From positions 64,790,001 to 64,854,000 of the forward strand of contig OX597820.1 of NCBI GenBank assembly GCA_951406725.2: a stretch of 64,000 nucleotides of DNA. The letters run 5' to 3'. Origin of the DNA: Octopus vulgaris (lineage: Eukaryota). The notes beneath the pieces were generated by a model. That model saw nothing but the letters and a program-made list of their open reading frames with translations, was not told where the DNA came from and searched no databases. The position numbers and the translations under genes were made by a program. Each line of letters opens with the position of its first letter. Within the stretch, counting starts at the first letter, position 1. Positions 12,953 through 26,712 of the stretch are shown here, one piece after another.

Positions 12953-13700
12953 GTGTTTGTGTGAGTGTATGTGTATATAGTGTGTGCGTGTTAGTTCTAT
13001 CTAGAAACAGTAGTTGCCTCGATTTTGAGCAAGCGACGGATCCTTTCAACCTCATTTTTATTTCGGTAAAGTCAGTCTCTTGCTACTCTGGTGATTCGGG
13101 TCTGTCCTTGCTTATTCATCAGGTAAGTTATGCTATTCATACACTTTATTCCGACCGAAATACAAATACGCAAACGTATACACACACATCCTATGCATAA
13201 GAATTCGTACAATGTTACCAACGTGGTGCAGTTAGTATCATTGCAGTTTTAGTCGTTCGACCAGCCAGATCATCTTTTTACCAAAGCGGGCCTTGAAATA
13301 TTTTGCTGGAGTGTGGGTTACAAGAGAATGGCAGTAATTAAGAAATTACGATTTCAATTTAGCTTCGCCCCATAATGGGGGACGCGTCTTAGTTTTATAT
13401 TGCAAAATCGATGTGGGACTCGGAACAAACCAGTTGAGAGAATCTAAGACAACATATATCAGCGAGATTTTTACGAAGGACACCAGAGTGAGTTAAGCAA
13501 CGAAAGGACTCATTAGGTTATGCCTATGCAATTTTAAAAAGTCTCCAAACTGGTGCGAATACTACTGAAAATGACGAGGAATCACAGAGCCGCACAACCA
13601 GGAGCCCCTGCTAGTAACCCTGAATAACGCTTTGTTTGCTACAGAAAATGTTTGCAATGCAATATATTAAATTTGACAAAAAAAGAAGATGTTGAACAGC

Positions 13701-13772
13701 TGCAGTGACCAGGATTCGAATCTGGGTTACCACGGCCACAACGAGGGGTCCTAACCACTAGACGATCACGGC
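13701..13772 (-). pseudogene. tRNA-His(GTG) degenerate copy
   Basis: 69/72 identical to 6644-6715. The three changes break pairing: G53>A in the T-stem/B box (GATTCGAATCC), a T:T mismatch in the anticodon stem, and a C:T mismatch in the acceptor stem. Confidence 0.85.
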
Positions 13773-14114
13773 TATCAACTACTACACGGAAGCGATTACA
13801 AAATATCAATGATATAGTTACGCTTCTAGACATCGAATGTTTTATGACGTGTATTGTGAAATTGTACAGAAGGATGCGCGTTGTTTTGTAAAACTACTCA
13901 TCTCGCATTTGGAAGATAATCTCGATTAGACGAATCTGCAAGTGATGGAAGTCTTTAAATCATTGCACAAAACTATTTAGAATGAAGTATATAAACTCTG
14001 AGCTCGCCGACGGCATTCTTTAATTATTCTCGAAAATTTTGATGTTTTCTAATTAATATTTCAACTCAAGAAGTATTCAATTCTCTTGATGTAGTTATTC
14101 AAACTTAATATATT

Positions 14115-14116
<2 letters not shown>

Positions 14117-14167
<51 letters not shown>

Positions 14168-14203
14168 CATTATTACTATTATTATTATTATCATTATGAT
14201 TAC

Positions 14204-14242
<39 letters not shown>

Positions 14243-14243
14243 G
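14117..14243. repeat. (AAT)n switching to (ATT)n microsatellite
   Basis: Read directly. Confidence 0.97.
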
Positions 14244-15247
14244 TTTTGGTAACTTCATGACAGCAATCCAAGTCGCTTGTAACCTTTGGTTGCTTTAAAT
14301 ATGTTTTAAAGGAGTATGATGAGGAATATTTGCTCTCTGTTGTTGATAAATTAACCCAGCTACTGAAGTAGTGAGGCTTTACTCGTGTTTTCGAATTGGG
14401 GCAAGAAATGTGTATAATTTCCTGGCCTACCTGTTATACGTATTTATTATACATGTGTGTGTGTGTGTGTGTGTGTGCGTGTATAGGTATAGAACCGAAG
14501 TTTTAGAAAGACCATCAGAGCGAGACAAACGGAAATTTGAACAGCAGTTTTGAGGCTACCTTCTTTGTCTTCAGCCAAAGTACCGCCATCCTGAAGGGTG
14601 TCGACAGAAACAACACCAAACAATACCAAGCAAAGAGACCAGCAGTCTTTAAAACATCGATATCACCACCACCACCAACAACAACAACAAAGTATTTTGA
14701 CACTGAAAACTATGGCCTTCATTTTATTTGTCACATACATATACAAGTAGTTAAAGTGAGATTGTTAGAAAGCCAACCAAAAATCAACAGTCTGCTGTCT
14801 GGTCGAGTTCACCCAGACAGATATCGAAATCAAAACAAATATTCGTGAAGTATATAAGCGACGGAAAATGAAGTGGCTGGGGATATGAATGGAACTCATT
14901 GTCCAAACGGATCAGGGGTGTATAGAAGCCGCCATCGACACAATCAACCTGTTACATCGTATGCAGCTGTTCGTAATTATGTGACTGAAAGCTCACATGC
15001 TACCCATGTGACGGGAAAAATTACCTAAAGGCCTCCTGCCTAAAACAGCCGGAAAGAAATTCATTACTTTGTACCCCCATTACACAATAACTAGATTACA
15101 AACAAGAATGGCAGCAGCAATAGAGGATATTGTCAGAGCAACGATATCATTGGTCGCAGCATCAGCGGAAACAACAACATGAAGAACAGCAGCATCGGTA
15201 ACTAGATTATAGAAACTGTAGCTACCACACAGAAGCAGCAACAGAGT

Positions 15248-15640
15248 GGAGGCGCAATGGTCCAATGGTTTTGGGCAGCGGACTCGCGGTCGGAAGATCG
15301 AGGTTTCGATTCCCAGACCAGGCGTTGTGTTTGTTTATTGAGCGAAAACACCTAAAGCTCCACGAGGCTCCGGCAGGGGAGGAGGTGGCGACCCCTGTTG
15401 TACTCTTTCGCTCCAACTTTCTCTCACTCTTTCTTCCTGTTTCTTCCTACGCAACCGCTGAGCCTGGATGCGCATTCAGCCATCCGTCAATGCTCTCGCT
15501 GTCGGGGGTTGACCTGCTTTCTCGTCTGCGGGTCTTACGAATAGCAAGGGACCACGTTTCAGACTTCTCCCATCTTGCGAGCTCTGGGACGAAGACCGTT
15601 CGCTCAACAGCAACAGCAACAGCAGCAACAGAAACCAACA
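15248..15640 (+). mobile_element. GC-rich tRNA-derived SINE with a (CAA/CAG)n tail
   Basis: ggaggcgcaatggtccaatgg (A box), gtttcgattcc (B box), gcgttgtg..ttgagcgaaaacac body shared with family C, then a distinct 3' body and a caacagcaacag tail. Confidence 0.8.
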
Positions 15641-17405
15641 ACATCACAAAGACCAGTAAATACCACAAAAAAATATCAGAAATACCATCATTCGCACCAG
15701 TACCACAAAACAGACACCACCAACATTACAAAGACAAGCACCATTCACACCCACACGAACATCAGAACAACTTCTTAAGATTATCTCTACAGATTTACCA
15801 TAGAAATTATAGCCAGCGCTGATTCTGTTACAATTCTGTAAACAAGCTATGAGGTATGCCATATTTCAGAAGTTTAACTCCATCACTATCTTAAACATCC
15901 ACGAACTCATTGCTTAAACAACCTTTAAATATAGGTGAAACATTACCAATATACTTTGTATATTATGGTTGCCTAACGAAATACGGTATCGCGACAAGTC
16001 GTTAACTTTCAGTGTAAATTCCATTGACACGGCCAAGAAAAAAGCATCTTTAACTGTACTTTCATAAACACAAATAACAAAATAATAAACACATTACACA
16101 AATTAACGTACAAACGTCACTTAGCAGAACTACATCACTTTAATAATCACGATACCAATAAGCATAGAAATCAAAAAATTATCACAAAATACAATTGACA
16201 GTTTAATAAAGTAATATATCGAAGGAGGAGTCTTTTGAGGGAACATGATCAAACGATTTTAAAAACAATTACTTGTAGAAACACCTCAATAAGACGGAGG
16301 GAGCGAACATTTGTCACTTCATAAAAATAACTTAAGTGAACCTTTCTTCCTTTCCTCCATTTTTCTTACATGACCTTACATAGAATACGCAGAATAAAGA
16401 TGGGTGACCTGCTGTAGCTTTGCAATTAGGTCCAGCTGCTTAACGACATGAAGTCGCTATAGATAAATATGGGGGTCATGAGCATGACCCGAATTTTTAA
16501 GCTACAAATTTTTCTCGCCCATTTTAAATGGAATTGAGGTATATGCAGCGTAGTGGATGGGCACTGGAAGTTCAAGTAGCTGTATTTCTGTTTCGCAATG
16601 GTCTGCGTTTCACGATATAGACCAGCATCTGTATTAGACAGGGGGAAAAAAAAGAGGAGAAAAAGCAGGAAATTCCAGTAAACTAATTCCTCATATAAAA
16701 GTTTTTAAAATATTTGTAGTGAAAACATGAAAATTAACAATTAAGGAACAAGATAAATTCCAGGACACGGTCATAAGAGACATGACATGGAGATTATTAG
16801 TAGAGAATTAAGGTCAACACGGAACACATGTGGCAATAGAGACATATATCATTGATAAATATCGCTGCTACTTTCTCTTGATGTTAATCTGTTTGCTGTG
16901 ACAGATCAGGTTCTCTAGGCATCACAGATGAAACTATATTGTTACACACACCAGCTCTAAAGGGCATGTGCAAAGCATAATAAACGTCAAAAATCTCATT
17001 TACAAATTACAACAGAACCTACTTTATCACATTAATGGGAGTGTTCTGCAATATATACTCAGCCTTTACTAAAATAAGTTCATAAAAAATATTACAAATT
17101 ATATTTCACACCATAGAAATTACACGAACATCTGTAGCGGCATTCTCAATATCGGATTCTAAACTTTAGGAGATCTCAGTTCTAACAAATAAGAAAATGT
17201 AATATGAGGCCAGATCCACTCCAACCAACTTTGTATTGTCCCAAAATTTCGATTGACTAATCCTGCAGTTACAGCTCGATTCTTAAAATTTTAAACACTT
17301 TCAAGTGCGAATTCTTGTTTGCTAATAGTTCGAATGATCTCAGCAGATCGAACAGTTTATTCAAAAAGAAATGTCCTCCAGCTTCAAATGAAATAAAAAT
17401 TATTG

Positions 17406-17755
17406 AGTGGGAGCATAACTGTATGGTTAAGCGACTCAATTTGCAACCACTCCGTTTCGGGTTCGATCCACACTTGGGTAACTCAACTATATATTCGGCC
17501 CGATCAATGGTTTTGAAAGGAATTTCGGGGACAGAAACTGTGCGGAAGCCCGTCGAATATGAATGTGTGTATGTGAACGTTTGTGTGTGTGTGTGTATGT
17601 GCTTGTACCCCACGCTGCACACTTCATGACAACCGGTGTTGGCTTGTTTTTGTTCTCGTAACCAAGTGGTTCGGCACAAGCACCTGTTAGAATAAGTTCC
17701 CTTCAATGTTCTTCCCCAACATGATCACAGCCTAATGTCTGAAACAAAAGATAAA
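17406..17755 (+). mobile_element. SINE family B, decayed
   Basis: gggttcgatccacac..gacagaaactgtgcggaagcccgtcg..tgacaaccggtgttgg..ggttcggcac..tagaataagt. Confidence 0.75.
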
Positions 17756-17971
17756 GCAAAGGGTTACGTATGTTGGATCCTTTCCAAACAAGCAATTATT
17801 TTTTATTACATGGGAAACAGACGATAAAAATAATTTCAGCATTTCAAGCTAATGTCAGGAACAGAAACTATTACGATGCTTCTTCACCTTGAGAGCATCA
17901 CAAGTAGAACACCTTAAACATTCAACTTATTCTAAAATAAAATACTGAAATTTACTATTTAATGGCTGATA

Positions 17972-18195
17972 ATTCTTTCTAAATTTGGAGCAAGATCTGG
18001 GATTTTGAGGCGAGATGTTGGTCAGGAACAGGTCGAATACATCGACACCAGCACTTGACACATACATAATTTTATCGACCCTGGTGGAATGAAAGCCAAA
18101 TAGATAAGATGTTAACGTTGGCTTTCATTCCACCAGTCGGGGCAGAAATGCTCGTAAGCATTTTTGTCCGAGTACTAACTTTTCTGCCAGCTTCT
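17972..18195 (-). mobile_element. SINE family A with about 14-bp TSD
   Basis: tttatcgaccc..ggaatgaaag..taagcattt.gtcc..ttctgccagct; flanks taatggctgataat / taatggttgatagt. Confidence 0.7.
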
Positions 18196-18518
18196 CTCTT
18201 TATAATGGTTGATAGTGATTAGAAAGATTGCTTTAGGTCAAGATCTGTATTTGAATGAAGTTTGCGTTGAGCACAAGATTGTTTCTAACTAATAGCAGAC
18301 GCATATATATATATATTGTAATGAAATGAATGGTTTCAAATTTCCTGAAGTGTCCTCAAAATGCGAGAAGCTGTTTGGGAAAAGAATGAAATTCTGATAA
18401 TTTCAAGGTCTTGATGCGCTCTTACTTATAAGATTCAGATGCAAAGTATATCCTTGTCAGGTTTTAATTTGAAAAAGTAATTGAAGAGCAGAAACATTAT
18501 GTGTGAAAGCAATACTTA

Positions 18519-18699
18519 GCGTGGCTGAGCGGTAAAAAAACTTTTTCCCAATCACATGATTCCGGCGTTCAATCCACCTGCGTGGCACGTTGGGCGACTG
18601 ACATCTGCTATATCCTGGGGTCAATCAAAGCCGTGTGCTTTGGTTGAGCGGAAACTGGAAGAAACATGTCACGTGTGTGTGTGCACGTGCGTGTATGCA

Positions 18700-18761
<62 letters not shown>

Positions 18762-19000
18762 TGTGTGTGAATTTGTGTTCGGTTTTGTTCCTCACCACCG
18801 TTTGACAGCTTGTGCTGGATTGTCTATATTCTGATAAATTAGCAGTTCGGCAAAACGGCCGATAGCATAAGTACCAGACTATCACATAAAATAAGCCCGG
18901 GGGTGGGTTGAAGTGGTGGTCGATTTAATCGACAAAACCCAACGAAAGCGTCTCTCCACATGGCTGCAGTCTAGTCACTGTAACAAATCAAAAATAAAAG
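18519..19000 (+). mobile_element. SINE family B with internal (TG)n
   Basis: gcgtggctgagcggtaa..gttcaatccacctgcgtggcacgttgggc..cggaaactg..agcagttcggcaaa..ccgatagcataagtacc..catggctgcagtc. Confidence 0.8.
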
Positions 19001-19009
19001 ACGTGTTGT

Positions 19010-19040
<31 letters not shown>

Positions 19041-19249
19041 AATATATATATACTGCAAACTGTAGATACCACTATTCGCTATTAAATAATTCAAAATAAA
19101 GTAAATTCTGTTATTTCGCTATTTCCGTTGGGGAAAACCTACCTTCTGAAGGCCAAAGATTACTGCTAGGAATGGGAAAGAAATACAATCCAATAATATA
19201 GAACCAAAGAGGCTGCCATACCTAGGTTAGGAAAATTAATGCAGGGGAT

Positions 19250-20330
19250 TATAATCTATGATAACATTTCAGATATCCGACCATTGATACTATAGTACGT
19301 TGTAGTATCTCGTTTGAATAGAAAATGCGAATTTAGGCTTCATTGATTTACAGTGTTGTTATGTCCATAATATTCCAAATGATAGGAACGCCTCTGATGC
19401 AGTTACTCTTGATTGACAGACATTCTTAGATAAACTGGTCGAATAAGCGCTGTCTCTGAACATGAGTAAATATATGCATACTATCTTACCGTCTGTATTT
19501 TCCATAGGTTCTGCGTGATTTCATTCAAGACTATCTACTGGTAATAGGCATTATATAACACGGTCTTTGAATGTCAGATTCAGAGATGCAAGTTAAATGT
19601 TGCAATGGATGATATCGAAACAAGTATTCTAATTACTGGGGCGTGACCTGTGATAGGTTGCTTTTCAGACAAATATGGATAATTTTAACGTTACACCAGT
19701 TAAATACTTTTGAGTTAAAATGGTGATACGTCTGAGGTTGACATGGTTTAATGACTAGGAACTTGCAACATGAGTAGGATAGGGTGAATGAAGTTATCAG
19801 TTCCTGGTTTTGCTTTTCTGTCGATAATGCTCATTAAATTCATGCATTCATACATACACTTACTACATACATAATCAAAATAAGCATCAAGGATATCCAG
19901 AGGTAATGCAGGATGATCCTTTCATACAACTACCTTTAATTGAACAATGCACTCATTGCATCAATTTAAAATGTAGAACAATCTTCAGCGCTGAAGTAGA
20001 GACAACGTCTTCTTTATCTATCTCCTTAACTGCTTGGAGATTTTAGGTATAATTATAGTAATGTGTCCATCTGTTCTAATGTAATTAAATTCTATGTCTT
20101 TGTGCAGCTGAAGATTGCTCTATATTTTAAATTGATGTAATGATTGCATTGTTCAATTATATGGAGTTGCATGAAACGATCGTACTGCATTAGCCCTGGA
20201 AATCCTTGTTGCTTATTTTGATCTTAATCCCCTTACTTTGAAATTGTATGGATAATACCGTACTAAATTCTGGTGCCTCAACCATATTCATCTGAATCTG
20301 AATTTTCGCTGAACTCATCTAACATACCCA
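19250..20330 (-). mobile_element. Decayed RTE-type LINE ORF (endonuclease/RT remnant)
   Basis: Broken minus-strand translation gives K.PG.D.I.PILL, then approximate NYR.ISL.SI..K..N..LN.IQ and Q.GF motifs; many stops and frameshifts. Confidence 0.5.
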
Positions 20331-20334
20331 AAGT

Positions 20335-20546
<212 letters not shown>

Positions 20547-20658
20547 AGTACTTTTATGGTTGACGCACTGCGGTTAATGCCACGAATTGACAAAGTTTAT
20601 CCCACATTATTATATAAAGTATACAATACTATGATTTCACCAAAACACACACACATTC

Positions 20659-20708
<50 letters not shown>

Positions 20709-20949
20709 CATAAATAAATATATATATATGAAGGGTTATACAACTACACATCTCCATCACATATATATATATATATAAGTGTTTGTCATGTATGTTGGCT
20801 TGACAGCAATTCAGTAATCATTGCTATATTAGTTTGTGTTGGTCATGACCTATAGTTACGAAAACTGTGATATTGCAAAGCCCAGGCTTTAAGCGTAATC
20901 CCTAGCGGCGCTCGTCTATTGAAGAAGCTTCAGTCGGAATGTTGAACTG

Positions 20950-21490
20950 TCAGTATATACAATGTCACTTGTATAATAATAGAATCTGAACTACAATGTT
21001 AAAGAAAATGTTATTAAAATCATCAGATGTCAACTGTATTTGATTATGTATGATATATTCATCTGTCTGTGATTTTGCTGACGTTGTACACAGTTTCTAA
21101 GCTGTGGAATTGTAGGACCAGAATATCCCATGTTCGTCTAATGCCTACAGCTCTGTGTACACATTATTTTTCTAATAATGTACTTACTGGTTACTTCGGA
21201 ATAAAATCAATTTTATAATTTGGTTTGGCACTTGTGTTCCTGTCTTATGCATTGCTTAGAATTTATGCAAACGCTTTTTTCTTGAAAGTCTATTTAGCGT
21301 CAAGTTCTGGTTGTGCTTTTCGCATTAGTAACAAAGTAGGCATGTGTTTTTATATCGGGTTATATATTCAACTCAGTTCAAAAAGGAATAAGCTATTTTC
21401 CGCACTCTTTACAACCAGGACAATTTCACCTCTTGTCTTTATAATTACATTTGGGGTCACTTTAACTGTACAGTGCTTTTCTTCACAAAA
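20950..21490 (-). mobile_element. Decayed Penelope-like element, GIY-YIG endonuclease region
   Basis: Minus strand 21197-21063 translates as EVTSKYIIRKIMCTQSCRH*TNMGYSGPTIPQLRNCVQRQQNHRQ, similar to the PLE pattern SKNVIY.I.C..C...YIGQT..LR.R...HRQ. Confidence 0.5.
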
Positions 21491-21521
21491 GTTTCAACAT
21501 ATTTTGTCATATATATATATG

Positions 21522-21566
<45 letters not shown>

Positions 21567-21604
21567 ATATATATATATATAGAGAGAGAGAGGGGGGAGA
21601 GAGG

Positions 21605-21636
<32 letters not shown>

Positions 21637-24589
21637 TTAATAGATGATGGACGGACAAACATTCAGACAGACTTTTTCACTCGTAACGGAAATGTAATAT
21701 TCCCAAATAAAGTGCACTTTCTATTCACCGCTTCAGTGAAGCTATCAGGTTAACAAGGTACTCATCTAAGAATCCACTGCAACTTATAGCCGAAACAGCT
21801 GTAAGCTAATGAAATTCATTACATAACATTTGTTTTCCGGTGTCTCTATGTTACTTTTTACCACTCTATAGTCATCTAACATTATGTTCTGAAGCATATT
21901 TATATTAACTTCTACATCACGTTATTAGTCTCGCTATAGCTGAGCAAATATTCATGTGTGTCTTTGTGTATGTTTGTGAATGTGTGTGTGTTTGTGTGTG
22001 CGCGCGTGCTTTGTGGATTCTCTCATTGGCTTCGATGCACCAGTGTTTAACAACCAACACAACCGTTAGTCTATGCGCAGTTCATTTCTTTTCAGCGTTG
22101 AATGACAGGTGTAGGGCAAGCGACACTATTCAGAAATGAAGGCTGCCAAAAGATGGTGCAGATCTTTGCCACAACCATATGACGCACATACCTCTGGCAT
22201 TTCTATTAGATTTCCCCAGCCCACGTACGTAGGTTCAATGTACATCTGAGCGCCATGCCAGAAATGTTTAAGTTCTTGCACATACATACGTACGTACATA
22301 CATGTAGCTGAACGAATGTATGTATATATATATCTAAGAGATAGGGACTCTACCCATCCATACACCAAAGAATTCGATGAGTTGCGTTCTGCATATATTT
22401 ACATTTAATTTCCCTACAAGTTGTTCACAAACACCAACGTTTCAAATCTTATAACTTTTTTCAGTATTCCTTTAAAATCACAGTAATTTCAGGCAGTATA
22501 ATAATTCATTTCCTAGTTTATTACATCTACCTGATCTTTGAATTCCCTTATCAAAATCTACCGTGTTCATATTATCCAGGCTAAGTCTACCTTGTGAGAA
22601 CTTCCTCCTTTACTTTCAGGTATAGTCGCTAATCACCTTTCTCTGAGTATACCTTCAAAAACTGATGACACTCTGGTAAATATTAACTCATCCTCTTCTG
22701 CCACCACTCTCAGAGACGGGAAAAAAAAACTAAATCAAAATCATTAATTGACCTGATTATGGCCTTTGCGTGCTGAACTAAATGATAAATTACTAAATGG
22801 TCACGACTAACATTTGACAGTCACTCTATGAAGGGAATATATCATTGACCCGTAGTTTACCGGAGGCTACCATACATGAAGTGGAGAGCCAAAAATAAAT
22901 TTTATTTCATTTGAAGCTGGAGGACATTTCTTTTTTTCTCAAGAACATTAAATATTTGGGGCTGAAACATCGAGTATTTTTTTTACAGTGTTCAGCATCT
23001 TTTCAGTAATACTTCGACATCACAAGTGTTTTTCTACTTCGATTTCTTTGATTCGTGCTTCATCACAGAATGAATGTTTCACAGTTAGCTCTTTCTCGAT
23101 GTTTGCTCAAATTAGTATTCACTACGCTGAGTTTGTTTGTGTTTTTAAGATTACCATTAAGGTTAAACGAGACTCTAAATTCCTAGAATCCATATCAGCC
23201 ATCTCGTTATACAGCAAGAAAGTCGTCTTCATATTCAATTTTGATATTTTTTCATGAAATTCTTTTAACTTTCTTTTTCGAGTAGTTTAGCTGTTTAGTG
23301 AATTGTGAAACCTAAATGTAATATTGACACTTGCATTTATTAAAACAATGTTCAGATTTCTTCAAATATTCTTTTAAATTTCGAAACACATTTTCCCATC
23401 ATTTTATCAAGCCTATAACCATTTAACATGATGGAGTAACATTTTATTTTTAACTTGATAGTGCAACATTTTATTTTTAACTAAGTAAATGTTTTCGCTT
23501 CTATTTTTTTTTTCGTATAACTCAAAAATTCAAAGGTTTTAAACTTTTCAATATAGCGTATCAAGTATATGCACATTTACTGGGGCTGAAATTTAACTGA
23601 TAAGAGTTGCATCATGAATAGGCTAAGTGCTATTAACAAGTTTACAGCAGTTTGTGACTTCATTTCAAACCTGACTGTTCGTACTTCGGAAAAGGATAAA
23701 ACAGCAATTAGAATCAATTCGAAACTACATGGTAATAAATTCAATCCCACTCTATCATATTGGTCAAAAGTCTTCAGTCGTTGTTGCAGAATGAAGAATA
23801 ATTTTTCAGTAGCGTATGGAAAACGAAAACTGCGCGGAAACCCGTTGTTTATAAGTTTCTAAAACATATCAATAATTTCTCAAAACGTTTGGATTCTCGT
23901 CTGTCTAAAAGTGTGTTTGGCGTATACTGTCCTTTCATATTAACACATGTGATTTTTGTAGATATTACAAATGGATATTGAAATTTTGATCATTAGATTT
24001 CAGCCCCATCAATCAAATGTCTGTGCTAGTGTGTAGTTATTTTAGATTATTGCTTCTTCTATCGTTAATCGCACTTTAAAACTAACGGAAGATGCATTGC
24101 ACGATCGAACGTAACACAGAACACAAAACTTAAATTATAAATTAGGTAGGAAAACAGCACATCACAATCAATACTACACTGAATTATTCGTAAAAATCTA
24201 AATGAGTTATTACAGGAGCAGTCAATGTAACCGATTACAGTGTTAATATAAGCACAGCGAGATCGTGCTCTAATCAGAAACAAACATTGTTACATAAAAT
24301 TGTTACATAAAAAGGCTAACAGCCGAAAATAATAAATAAAATTTCCGGCAGTGATGTCTACAACAATCATATTAACCCTCTTACAATTAAAATGAAATTT
24401 AAAAAAAAACAGTACCAACTTCACTTCATTCGGAAGATGATGCAGTGCTGATAGACACTATGCTGATGGATTTGAGAACTTTTTAGTAATGACCTAAGAG
24501 CAAGGAAATCTTAGAAGAATATGAAAACAAAAATATTGAGAAAAAGGATAAAATCAGAGGAGGATCATATTTTCAATACTATACTTTTC

Positions 24590-25300
24590 GTGAGATATCA
24601 GGAAAATACTTGGGGAAAAAGTGAATGTGGCATGATCCGTATAAACGCTGCCATTCCTACAAGAAACCGCAAGTAGATCATTCATGAACAAGAGAAAAAA
24701 TACAGATGTAAAAAGATCAAACATCGGAGGGCACAGGGTGTGATTTTGTGTGGTATACAATATATACGACAGATCTGCAATCTAATATGAAACTATCAAC
24801 CCGATACAAAGATGAAGCATTTCGCAGGTCGCTTTTCCTGGACATTCGTGTTCTCGATATTGTCGAAGTCTTTGCGGATGACAATTCTCCATAGGTTTTA
24901 TATATATATGAACTTTAGGTTAGTTAAAATATGTTTGTTGCATATTTCAATTTCTAAAAGTAAAAACACATCAGTTACCTTAGGGAAAATTATCCGTCCA
25001 ATGCTGTTCCCTAACGGATTTCCAGGCGCAACTTTTCTAGATATTTAGCCGTATTCAATGGGAAATATAGAAGAGATGTAACTCTGGGCAGGATTAAAGT
25101 CGTAGCCTTAACTAAAACAAAGTCAACATTGATTGAGTAGCGCCATTAGACCGCCAGGGCGGGTGAAATTTAGCAGTATCAATGCCATGTAATGTTTAGG
25201 CATAAGCGACTTTTAGGAGAGTTGAAATATATTTGAGACATATTTAAATTTTTAAAGACAGACTCACTGCATTACCGTGGAGAGAAAAGTTCTCTTTTGT
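24590..25300 (-). mobile_element. Decayed CR1/L2/Jockey-group RT fragment
   Basis: ORF-track peptide FTSVFFLLFMNDLLAVSCRNGSVYTDHATFTFS resembles LSP.LFLLFINDLL....SYADD.TL.FS. Confidence 0.55.
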
Positions 25301-25696
25301 GATTGAAGACGAATAGAAAACGTATTTATTTAACCTAAATTTCGCTTTTGTCTAAACAGTTTTGGAGCTGAGACTGCTGAATTTCTCTCGACCTGGCAGT
25401 CTAATAGCACAACTCAGTCAATATTGTTGAAAATTACCAGTATTAACAAAAATGTTCCTCATCGAAGCTCTACCCGCAAGTAAAAGCTGAGAAATTTCAC
25501 TGGAAAGTTCTAATATACCCACTCCCTCAAAATGAGAAAACTAAACAAGCTTGTGCTAGATACAGAAAAAGGTACTCTGACAGGTGAGACACTGCTCGAT
25601 TGAACCAAAAGCGGCAAGGTAATTGAAATCCAATACGCAATTCTACAGGGACATGGGGTGAAATTCAGTGTGGAGAGAGAGGGAGACAGAGAGAGG

Positions 25697-25732
<36 letters not shown>

Positions 25733-26328
25733 AAGAGTCAGAATGAGAGAGAGAAAAGGAGAGGAAGAGAGTGAGGAAGAGAAGGAGAGAGGAACTGATA
25801 GCCAGAGACAGATGGCAGATAATTTGTCTTCCATATTAACAGGTAATCAGTTGAGAAATCACTTAGGCCCACTAACTGCGATGTTTGCTGAAATGTGAAT
25901 ATGCTGTAAGCTTTTTGTAAATTTTTCGAAGTGTATTTAGAGTGCAAAATTATCGAGTGCACATTCCAGACAGTTAAGTAGACACATTTTGGTACTAATA
26001 TTACCCGAAGAAAATATTTCACAGTAATTCAACCATACTTTTATATATGCAGGGGTACATCACTTCTACATGATATCTTCCTTTAATCTTTTATAAGATG
26101 ATAAATATTGATGGTGCACCGGCAGTACAAAAAACAAAAGAATCTTTTTCTGCCAATGTCATCTGATAATCACGTATAAATCCTCTTCAGTCAATGATTG
26201 AAAAACTGGTGAAAAGATGTGACAACACTGTTCTGATTAATATGACTTTTTTATGGACTTCTGTTAAAGTATAGCTTCTGGTGGAAAGATCAATGCATAC
26301 TGTAAAATATTTTTCATGTCTATCTAGC

Positions 26329-26376
<48 letters not shown>

Positions 26377-26392
26377 ATGTCTGTGTGTCTGT

Positions 26393-26437
<45 letters not shown>

Positions 26438-26488
26438 CATATATATAAATGTATATATATATACAAACACACATATATGTATACATAC

Positions 26489-26523
<35 letters not shown>

Positions 26524-26570
26524 CATACATATATATATATATGAATACATATGCATATATATAGGTAAAC

Positions 26571-26608
<38 letters not shown>

Positions 26609-26712
26609 ACATATATGTGTGTTTGTATATATATACATTTATATATATATGTATACACACACACACACATATATATATATGCACGCACACATACACACAC
26701 ACAAATGTGCAT
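26329..26712. repeat. Compound (TA)n/(TG)n/(CA)n microsatellite
   Basis: Read directly. Confidence 0.97.

Noticed and set aside
15265-15822. Longest ORF in the track (185 aa)
   Set aside because: It spans a SINE and its low-complexity tail, has no recognisable domain and does not begin with ATG in that frame.
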